A stretch of 25,762 nt of DNA from a virus (Duplodnaviria; Caudoviricetes), in IMG/VR virus record IMGVR_UViG_3300016484_000639, positions 1-25,762 of that record. One strand, given 5' to 3'. Shown here piece by piece: positions 1-7,207 of this stretch (within the stretch, counting starts at the first letter, position 1; every line of letters begins with the position of its first letter). The notes beneath the pieces are model-generated. The model ran no database searches and was not told the DNA's origin. It saw only the letters and a program-made list of their open reading frames with translations. The position numbers were made by a program, and so were the translations under genes.

Positions 1-1
1 G

Positions 2-439
2 GTGGCGGTGAGACCCAAAAGCGCAATCGCGTCCAGGATATCTTTGCTGCGACGAACTCTGATGGATTCGCTGGCTAACAAGCTGGGAATCAATGGGTGG
101 CTTTCGCTAAACGAATTTGTAAAGTACTTAGCCGAAAGTCACCCTCAACATAAGATCTCCTATCCCACTGCTTTGCGCATGGTAAATTCGGGGAAGTTGA
201 GGGTGACGACAGTTGGGGTAACTTACAGAGTCTATCAAGCGGAAGTCACCCGTTACCTGCGAGAAGGCAACTACAACCCAACTCAACCGAGCGTTGTACA
301 GCCAATAGTAGCGCCGGTTATTCCTAGCATCCCCTCATTCCAAACACCCGATTCATCTACAGCGCAAGCTGAACAAGCCAAACCCGTAATGTCTTCCAAG
401 ACGTTATACCCTATTCTTCAGATTCCAGAGGATACATGA
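2..439 (+). CDS. Excisionase-like / HTH_17 DNA-binding protein with P/Q/S-rich tail (true start possibly ATG 62, or outside the window)
   Basis: WLSLNEFVKYL...ISYPTALRMVNSGKLRVTTVGVTYRVYQAEVTRYL matches the MerR/Xis-type winged HTH pattern; its stop overlaps the queC start (ATGA). Confidence 0.7.
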   Translation: MAVRPKSAIASRISLLRRTLMDSLANKLGINGWLSLNEFVKYLAESHPQHKISYPTALRMVNSGKLRVTTVGVTYRVYQAEVTRYLREGNYNPTQPSVVQPIVAPVIPSIPSFQTPDSSTAQAEQAKPVMSSKTLYPILQIPEDT

Positions 440-1350
440 TGTCAATAGAATCTCAGCCCCATTCCCAACAAATCGTACGCCGTGCATTCGTTCTTCTTTC
501 CGGCGGTATGGATTCTACTACCTGCCTGCACAAAGCAATTCATGATTATGCACCTAAAAGCGGATCAATCTATGATGACTCTGCTATGGTTCAAAATGCA
601 ATGGATATGGCTGCTGTTTCCTGGGTGGAAGCAATTTCTATTGATTATGGACAACGTCATAAGAAAGAAATGGAGTATGCCAAAGCAACTTGTGAAAAGT
701 TTGGAATCAAGCATACGATCCTTGACATCGGAAACATCCTTTCAGGCAAGTCTGTTATGCTTACCCAAGAGGGTGCAGATGCAGGAGTTGCTGTACCGGA
801 CATTTCTTATTCCGATATTAAGGGAGTCTCCCCAACATATGTACCTTTCCGGAACGGTACCCTCTTGTCAGCCATTACGGCGCATGCGCAAAAATGGGTG
901 AATGAAGGCCAACAAGTCAAAGATGCAGAACCCTCTTTAGATCGTGAAATGAATCGTACGACTGTTATGGCTCACGTAGAGAAGCGGGAAGCTGGGATTT
1001 ATTTTGGTGCACATAGTGAAGATGCTCAGAATTGGGCTTATCCTGACTGTACGCCAGAATTTATTGGAGCAATGGCAAATGCTATCTACATTGGCACCTA
1101 TCATGCAATTAGGCTTCATGCACCACTTCAGTGGCTCAACAAAGCCGAGATTGTCAAGCTTGGCTATGAATTGAATGTGCGATTTGAAGACACTTGGTCT
1201 TGCTACAAAGGCGAATCATATCAGTGCGGTAAATGCCCAACATGTTTGTCACGCATTGAAGCTTTCAAGATTGCAGGTGTTCCGGACTTTACCACCTATG
1301 AGTCCCATCTGACACCTTATGACCCTAAATCGGGTGATGTGCCTTTCTAA
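436..1350 (+). CDS. queC: 7-cyano-7-deazaguanine synthase QueC
   Basis: PP-loop SGGMDS, YGQRH, YVPFRN, H-x2-D-x4-YPDC, TWSCY-x6-CGKCPTC zinc site. Confidence 0.95.
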   Translation: MMSIESQPHSQQIVRRAFVLLSGGMDSTTCLHKAIHDYAPKSGSIYDDSAMVQNAMDMAAVSWVEAISIDYGQRHKKEMEYAKATCEKFGIKHTILDIGNILSGKSVMLTQEGADAGVAVPDISYSDIKGVSPTYVPFRNGTLLSAITAHAQKWVNEGQQVKDAEPSLDREMNRTTVMAHVEKREAGIYFGAHSEDAQNWAYPDCTPEFIGAMANAIYIGTYHAIRLHAPLQWLNKAEIVKLGYELNVRFEDTWSCYKGESYQCGKCPTCLSRIEAFKIAGVPDFTTYESHLTPYDPKSGDVPF

Positions 1351-1381
1351 CCTGGTTGTGTAGTTACGATTGTACTCTGCT

Positions 1382-1861
1382 ATGGTTGACTTTAAGCGAA
1401 TGGCAGAGTACAGACGTAAACACAGAACGTCTTCAGGTAAAAAGGTAGATAGCATGCAAGATCTTGAACTCGTACCATCAGGATTTCGATCACCGGACAA
1501 ATGTTATGAACTACGCATTCGTGATTATGATGGTGTTGAAGTTAATCACGTGCATATTGCATACGTAGGATTGCATACTGCTTTAACCCTTGAACAGATT
1601 ACTAGCGGAATATCTTTCAAGTGGGGACATCCGTATTTGTCTGGTGATCCTGCAGCACAACTTCAAACATGTGTATTCTGCGGCGAAACTCTCCCGAGAG
1701 TGTGCAAGACGGGGACTGATATTGAAGACACAATAAAGAGGTTCCCTGATAATACTAACCTCAAAGAACCTAAGCCCAACTTACTTCGCGGTAAGTGCGA
1801 TGAAGGATGGCTCAAGTATAATGCAATCAAGACAACAATCGAACAGGAGAACAAGCTGTGA
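1382..1861 (+). CDS. Hypothetical protein with CxxC (CVFC)
   Basis: Fills the gap after queC on the operon strand; in-frame ATG at 1382 (ORF track starts at TTG 1370); stop overlaps the next start. Confidence 0.7.
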   Translation: MVDFKRMAEYRRKHRTSSGKKVDSMQDLELVPSGFRSPDKCYELRIRDYDGVEVNHVHIAYVGLHTALTLEQITSGISFKWGHPYLSGDPAAQLQTCVFCGETLPRVCKTGTDIEDTIKRFPDNTNLKEPKPNLLRGKCDEGWLKYNAIKTTIEQENKL

Positions 1862-2037
1862 CACTTGATGACTTCATCAAACACATGCAACAAAAAATCT
1901 CTGAATTTGATGCTTATTACCGTGATGGCCTTATTAATGGGTTTGAAGGTAATAAAGAGCACAAATTTGAAGACAATCTGAATCTTGCCGAGTGGGATGA
2001 ACAATTCATTTCATGGTATGAACTTAACGGAGAATAA
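1858..2037 (+). CDS. Small acidic hypothetical protein, 59 aa (MTLDDFIKHMQQKISEFDAYYRDG...WDEQFISWYELNGE), absent from the ORF track
   Basis: Read by hand: AGGAGA SD at 1845-1850, GTG start overlapping the upstream TGA (GTGA), TAA at 2035-2037 just before the queD ATG. Confidence 0.8.
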   Translation: MTLDDFIKHMQQKISEFDAYYRDGLINGFEGNKEHKFEDNLNLAEWDEQFISWYELNGE

Positions 2038-2040
2038 ATT

Positions 2041-2565
2041 ATGGCACGGATCAATAGTGAACATAAAGAAGGTGAAGCTCGCATTCGTGTTGAGCAGCAA
2101 ATTGATGGACGCATGGGAAGATTTGAATCTACCAAGACCTACAATCACTCTGTAGGTCTTTCATGCTGTTTCCGTCAATGGCGCGCTGAATCTCATTGCA
2201 AGTTTCTCCACGGTTATGCAATCAAGGTACATTTTGTCTTTGAGACCAATGAACTTGATGTACGCAATTGGGCTGTTGATTTTGGCTCGCTCAAGTCTTT
2301 GAAAGGTTGGTTAGAAGATCTTCTGGACCACAAGACTCTAGTTGCAACTGATGATCCAATGTTCCACCATTTCAAGGTTATGGAATCTGTAGGAGCAATG
2401 CAGCTTGTTGAAGTTGAAGCCACGGGTTGCGAAGCAATGGCTTTCATGATTTACCAGTATGCTGAAACATGGCTTAAAGATAACGGGTATTCTCCAAGAG
2501 TCCTGTTGCGTAAGGTAACCGTGTCTGAGCATGAAGGCAACTCAGCAAGCTACTACATCGTTTAA
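2041..2565 (+). CDS. queD: 6-carboxy-5,6,7,8-tetrahydropterin synthase QueD (phage type)
   Basis: SHCKFLHGY (C-x3-HG), VDFG-LK, LDHKTL, TGCE, terminal SEH; GGAG SD; sits between queC and queE. Confidence 0.92.
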   Translation: MARINSEHKEGEARIRVEQQIDGRMGRFESTKTYNHSVGLSCCFRQWRAESHCKFLHGYAIKVHFVFETNELDVRNWAVDFGSLKSLKGWLEDLLDHKTLVATDDPMFHHFKVMESVGAMQLVEVEATGCEAMAFMIYQYAETWLKDNGYSPRVLLRKVTVSEHEGNSASYYIV

Positions 2566-2601
2566 TTCAACACTACAATAATTCAACAGCACGGGTGTAA
2601 T

Positions 2602-3435
2602 ATGGTAACTCCAACAGATCAGCAATTGAAGAAGCGATTTCCGGTAATGGAGATCTTTGGCCCCACTATCCAAGGTGAAGGGCTCGTAGCAGGTACTCAA
2701 ACGCATTTCATTCGTTTCGGGTATTGTGACTACAAGTGTACGAAGTGTGACTCTCTCCATGCAGTCCTTCCTGAATCTGTCAAGAAACACGCAACGCTCA
2801 TGACAGTCACCGAAATCATGGACAGACTTGTGGGTGATAACTTTGAAGCTGATGTTCCGTGGGTTACGCTTTCTGGAGGTAATCCCGCAATGCATGATTT
2901 GGAATATCTTGTCATGACGTTACAAGAACACGGATTTAAGGTTGCAGTGGAAACACAGGCAACTCTTTCACCTCTCTGGCTTCATCAAGTTGATGTTCTT
3001 ACACTCAGCCCAAAACCTCCAGGTATGGGTGTTGAATTCGAACATGATAAATACTTCACATGTTTGGATAAGTTCAAAAACCATCCAGGACTCAATATTA
3101 AGATTCCTATCTTCGACAGAAAGGATCTTGACTTCGCTGTGAATATTTGGGATGAGTCGGGATCATGGATTGGGCATCGTGACATCTTCTACCTCTCTCT
3201 TGGCAATCCTTGGCCCCCAAGTTCCGGATTGAATCCAGACCACATTGATGAACCAGTGTATGCAAAGAAAAATGCAGTGCTGACAGATGATGAACACATT
3301 GCATTGGCTCTAATTGATCGTTACAAAGAAGTGTATAAGATGATCAATGAACACCCAAATCATACCACTCTGGCTATGTACCGCTTCCTCCCACAACTCC
3401 ATGTACTTCTTTGGGGTAATGCACGCGGTAAATAA
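2602..3435 (+). CDS. queE: 7-carboxy-7-deazaguanine synthase QueE (radical SAM)
   Basis: EIFGPTIQGEG, FIRFGYCDYKCTKCDS (CxxxCxxC), TLSGGNP, VETQ, LSPK, LPQLH. Confidence 0.95.
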   Translation: MVTPTDQQLKKRFPVMEIFGPTIQGEGLVAGTQTHFIRFGYCDYKCTKCDSLHAVLPESVKKHATLMTVTEIMDRLVGDNFEADVPWVTLSGGNPAMHDLEYLVMTLQEHGFKVAVETQATLSPLWLHQVDVLTLSPKPPGMGVEFEHDKYFTCLDKFKNHPGLNIKIPIFDRKDLDFAVNIWDESGSWIGHRDIFYLSLGNPWPPSSGLNPDHIDEPVYAKKNAVLTDDEHIALALIDRYKEVYKMINEHPNHTTLAMYRFLPQLHVLLWGNARGK

Positions 3436-3459
3436 AAGACCTGACTAGCGTTTTGGCAC

Positions 3460-3488
3460 TAGATTTCTGATTTGGGTTGTGATATAAT
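3460..3488 (+). promoter_or_regulatory. Sigma70-type extended -10 promoter upstream of the TGT-like gene
   Basis: TG-a-TATAAT at 3480-3488 in a 94-bp intergenic gap; weak -35 (TAGATT 3460-3465) at 17-bp spacing; GGAG SD before ATG 3530. Confidence 0.65.
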
Positions 3489-3529
3489 AAAATTACTGCA
3501 GCAAGCAGTGGTATTTAACGGAGACCAAT

Positions 3530-4393
3530 ATGGCTTTATTCGCACCTGTATGTCCGCCAAGGATTTACAAAGAATTGTTCAAAGATCCAACAACAAAAGG
3601 AACATACTTCCTTCTACTTGCACATGAGGTCTTTGCAAATGAATTTGCGTATGCAGAACTCTTCAATCCCAAGTCAGTAGATCTTAATGAAGGCGATTTG
3701 CGTTGGGTGCATTTGGACAATTCTGTAATCGAACTTGGTTCATCTGTGTCAATGGATTTGCTGTGGGATGCTGCTAACATTGTGAATGCAGATACCATTG
3801 TATTGCCAGATGTTCTTTGCAATGCACAAGGTACAATTGACACTACATTGAAGAGCTATGAAGATTTCATGCGTTTGAAAAATGCAGTTGCTCCAGGCAA
3901 TGCAGGTGCATCCCGTGAATGTGTGATTATCCCACAAGGCGAAACAATGTCTGAATGGGCGCGGTGTTTGGAAACATTGACCAAAGAACTCAAACCCGAA
4001 AACATTCCCTGGGTAGGTGTTCCGCGGAACATTACAGGACGCATTGATACTACCCGTTTGAATGCTTTGCGAATCATTGAAGGGATGTTACCGAAAGCAA
4101 GTATCCATTTGATGGGTTTTAGCAATGATATGGGTGATGATTTCATCTGCTCAATGCGCCCTTCAGTTGTTGGAATTGATAGCGCAGCGCCTCTTCGTGC
4201 GCCCAACTTCACGTTCTCTGGAAAAGTGGGCCCTCGCGGTAATTGGTGGAACACTGTTGAATATGAGCCTTTCATCGCAGATAATGTGCGTTATATTCGC
4301 AAGCTTCTTGGCGATGATCCGGTTAGTGATTTGCACATGCAAAGAAAACAGTTGAATCCTTCGACAAGATTACAAACGCTATTCTTGCAATAA
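3530..4393 (+). CDS. Divergent TGT/DpdA-like guanine transglycosylase (TIM-barrel), candidate 7-deazaguanine insertion enzyme
   Basis: Motifs in TGT order: LD63NS, LPD94, IPQ136G, WVG163, H193LMG, GID217S; adjacent to queE. No Zn-binding CxCxxC. Confidence 0.7.
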   Translation: MALFAPVCPPRIYKELFKDPTTKGTYFLLLAHEVFANEFAYAELFNPKSVDLNEGDLRWVHLDNSVIELGSSVSMDLLWDAANIVNADTIVLPDVLCNAQGTIDTTLKSYEDFMRLKNAVAPGNAGASRECVIIPQGETMSEWARCLETLTKELKPENIPWVGVPRNITGRIDTTRLNALRIIEGMLPKASIHLMGFSNDMGDDFICSMRPSVVGIDSAAPLRAPNFTFSGKVGPRGNWWNTVEYEPFIADNVRYIRKLLGDDPVSDLHMQRKQLNPSTRLQTLFLQ

Positions 4394-4412
4394 TGTCTAC
4401 AGGCCAGTAAGA

Positions 4413-4433
4413 TAACAGGTTAACAGGTTAACA
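4413..4433. repeat. 8-bp tandem repeat (TAACAGGT)x2 + TAACA upstream of the DNA polymerase
   Basis: Read directly: taacaggt taacaggt taaca; contains two GTTAAC palindromes. Confidence 0.8.
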
Positions 4434-4441
4434 ATACATAA

Positions 4442-4510
4442 CCCCTCCAAATATGAATGAATGTGTCATGGAATCTACTGCATGTAATTGTAATTGCGTG
4501 TTTGGAGGGG
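4442..4510 (+). promoter_or_regulatory. Long inverted repeat / mRNA hairpin over the polymerase start region
   Basis: CCCCTCCAAA (4442-4451) is the exact reverse complement of TTTGGAGGGG (4501-4510); extends to 14 bp with two G-U pairs. Confidence 0.55.
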
Positions 4511-6948
4511 CTCAAGTCAATGGAGCTGGGGATATTACTTCTCCAGTTGTCATTATAGGCGAATCGCCTGGAGCGGTAGAACTTGTTAAAAAGCGTCCTT
4601 GGTCTTCAGGTATGCATCAAGTTGTAGATGAAGCAATTGCTGATGCATACAAAGCTTTGGGAATTGAAAAGCCTTTTGGCTTAGTACCATTGCAATTAAA
4701 TGCCCTTGCATGTATGCAGCGCACTCAGAAAGATCCTGCGAAGCTCGTAGCAGCTGTAAATGCTTGTCGTCCAAGGCTTTTGGAGATCATCAAGAGACAT
4801 CCTCGAAAGATCATTATTTGCATGGGTAATGCTGCTATATGGTCTCTTACCGGTGATTCTTCATTAAAGATTACCAAAGTACGCGGAACTCGTTTTCCAT
4901 CAGCTTTAAGTGAGCATGGGATTGTAGCGACTGTACATCCATCATTTCTTCTTCGCGGTGCAGGTAATTATCCGCAATTCAAAGATGACTTCAAATTTGT
5001 CATTTCTCTTCTGCATTCTACGCCACTTTCAAAACCGTCACGCGATGATAAGGGATTGCATGTACCATATAGGTTGGTGCGTACTCAAGATGAATTAGAA
5101 CAAGTACATACTTTCTTGCAACTCCTGCCTGCTGGTACTATTGTAGGGTCAGACATTGAAACTTCAGGCTTTCATTTCTTACAGCCCAATGAGATATTCA
5201 CCCATTACCCATCAACCAACAACATTCTTTGCTATGGGATGTATACCGAAGGGGAATGCTTCATTATTCCCCAAGATATGTATTCCAAGGAATTATTTCC
5301 AGAACATTTGAAGTTTGTTTGGCATAACGGAAAATTCGACGTTAAATTCTTTTGGCATCATGGTGTTACAAATGCTCGTGTAGATGAAGACACGATGTTG
5401 ATGTCTTATGGTTTGAATGAACGCCGTGGTATTCATGATTTGGATCAGGTAGCTGCAGATCATTTGGGAACACCAAATCACAAAGATATGCTTGAAGCCC
5501 ACCTTCCAAAGAAGCGTACTTCATATGCGAACATTAGTCCTGAAGTCTTGTATCAGTATCTTGCATACGATGTGTATAAGACTTACCATCTTCATGGAGT
5601 CCTCAAACCAAAAGTTCTGGCTGATGCTAATACATCAAAGCTTTATACAGGCCTCTTTATTCCAGCATCCCAATACCTTGCGGAAATTGAATACAACGGT
5701 TTGCCTTTAGATCGTGAATGGACTCTAAAGAACCTTGAAGAGATGACTCTTGAGGCTGCAAACTGTGAAACCAATTTGAATAGCTATTCCCGTGAAGTGA
5801 TGGGTGTTGATGTTAATCCACGTTCACCGAAACAACTTCAAGAGCTCCTGTATAATCGTCTTAAATTAGCTCGTCCGGGTACGGGTACAGATGTTGATAC
5901 GCTTGATACATTGCCAAATCATCCAGTGGTTACAGAGCTGAAAAAGTATCGCAAAGTACATAAAGGCCTTTCTACGTATGTGCAATCAGCTCTTGATAAT
6001 GTCCAAAGTGATGGGAGAGTTCATACTTCATTCCTTATCCATGGTACTGTTACAGGACGCTTAGCATCAAAAGATCCTAACCTTCAAAACATTCCACGAC
6101 TTCCTAAGCTTCGTGGGCAATATGCAGCACTTCCAGGTTTTGTGTTTATTGAACCGGATCTTAATCAAGCTGAATTGCGTTCTCTTGCATGTATGTCTGG
6201 CGATGATAATCTTTGCCGTATTTACAACACTGAAGGGATGTCGCTGCATGATGAAGTCCGTGATTTCATTTTTGGAACTCCCAATATATGGACTCCGGAA
6301 CAATTAGAAAGATACATTGCGCAATTCAATGCATGGCAAGATACTCCTGAAAAGTCTTTGAAGTTGTTGCGTGACGAGCAAAAGATGATTGCTAAGAACG
6401 TGAACTTCGGTATTGTGTATGGAATCACTCCATATGGGTTAGAAGCACAAATTGAGAGGCCTGTTGGAGAATGTGAACAATATATCAATGCGTGGTTTAC
6501 CCGTTTCCCAAAAGCAAAGACTTTCATTGATAATTGCAAAGATGCTGCAACATATGGAAGGGATATTGTTACAGTCTATGGCCGTAAAAAGCGTGGCGGT
6601 ATCGTAACATTGGAGAAGCTTCGTGACCTTCAAAATGAAGCATCAAACTTCCCGCATCAAGCAACTGCATCTGACTTTATGTTAGACACGGGTATTAGAA
6701 TGCGGAAAACATTGAGAGATAAGTTCAAGACTACTGTACATAATACCGTACATGACTCTGTGTTGTTGATGACTCCTAAAGATATCCCCCTGATCAAAGA
6801 GGTGGTAGAGTATACAACTACAGAACTTGCTAATACCCCAAAGAGAATGGGGATGACACGAGTACCTTTCAAAGCAGATGCTAAGATCGGTTATCGTTGG
6901 GGACACTGTATTGAATCTGAAAAATGGCTTAAATTGGAGGCTGCATAA
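4453..6948 (+). CDS. polA: Family A DNA polymerase with N-terminal family-4 uracil-DNA-glycosylase-like domain and 3'-5' exonuclease
   Basis: UDG-like: GESPG, N83, C87/C105, HPS. Exo: DIETSG, HNGKFD, YLAYDV. Pol: TGRLAS, DLNQAELR (motif A), AKNVNFGIVYG (B), TVHDSV (C). Start codon uncertain. Confidence 0.95.
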   Translation: MNECVMESTACNCNCVFGGAQVNGAGDITSPVVIIGESPGAVELVKKRPWSSGMHQVVDEAIADAYKALGIEKPFGLVPLQLNALACMQRTQKDPAKLVAAVNACRPRLLEIIKRHPRKIIICMGNAAIWSLTGDSSLKITKVRGTRFPSALSEHGIVATVHPSFLLRGAGNYPQFKDDFKFVISLLHSTPLSKPSRDDKGLHVPYRLVRTQDELEQVHTFLQLLPAGTIVGSDIETSGFHFLQPNEIFTHYPSTNNILCYGMYTEGECFIIPQDMYSKELFPEHLKFVWHNGKFDVKFFWHHGVTNARVDEDTMLMSYGLNERRGIHDLDQVAADHLGTPNHKDMLEAHLPKKRTSYANISPEVLYQYLAYDVYKTYHLHGVLKPKVLADANTSKLYTGLFIPASQYLAEIEYNGLPLDREWTLKNLEEMTLEAANCETNLNSYSREVMGVDVNPRSPKQLQELLYNRLKLARPGTGTDVDTLDTLPNHPVVTELKKYRKVHKGLSTYVQSALDNVQSDGRVHTSFLIHGTVTGRLASKDPNLQNIPRLPKLRGQYAALPGFVFIEPDLNQAELRSLACMSGDDNLCRIYNTEGMSLHDEVRDFIFGTPNIWTPEQLERYIAQFNAWQDTPEKSLKLLRDEQKMIAKNVNFGIVYGITPYGLEAQIERPVGECEQYINAWFTRFPKAKTFIDNCKDAATYGRDIVTVYGRKKRGGIVTLEKLRDLQNEASNFPHQATASDFMLDTGIRMRKTLRDKFKTTVHNTVHDSVLLMTPKDIPLIKEVVEYTTTELANTPKRMGMTRVPFKADAKIGYRWGHCIESEKWLKLEAA

Positions 6949-7205
6949 TGCGTGTTAATTACATTGAACAAAAGACAAAAGAATTCTGGGAACTTAGCAT
7001 GCGAATTGAAGGCCGTGGAAAAGCTATTGGAGCAGGCAATGCTATTACAATAATCAATAACCTCTACAATGAAGTTGCAACCACGAGGCCGCTATGTAAA
7101 CGTATTCTGGCAACAAGGGAGATGGTAATTCAATGCAAGAGCATTAAACCGAAGCAATCCAAAGTACTCGTATTCCCAATCAAAACAAATGTCAATGCAG
7201 GTTAA
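6948..7205 (+). CDS. Hypothetical protein, 85 aa, basic
   Basis: GGAGG SD, TAATG overlap with the pol stop, ends 2 bp before nrdJ. Confidence 0.8.
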   Translation: MRVNYIEQKTKEFWELSMRIEGRGKAIGAGNAITIINNLYNEVATTRPLCKRILATREMVIQCKSIKPKQSKVLVFPIKTNVNAG

Positions 7206-7207
7206 TC

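Noticed and set aside
2-439. Evidence of a temperate lifestyle (excisionase)
   Set aside because: Xis-like HTH domains are common regulators; no integrase or att site is visible in the window.
1-2600. Apparent abundance of GANTC and TGCA words
   Set aside because: Explainable by codon pairs (GAA/GAT-TCN, GCA Ala) and patchy elsewhere; a Markov-corrected count would be needed.
436-3435. Host-type queuosine tRNA modification operon
   Set aside because: Phage context, no queF/queA/queG, and a DpdA-like neighbour; DNA modification is the better-supported reading.
4483-4497. CNCNC as the missing TGT zinc motif, implying a TGT-pol fusion
   Set aside because: In-frame stops separate the genes and the cysteines fit the family-4 UDG Fe-S site.
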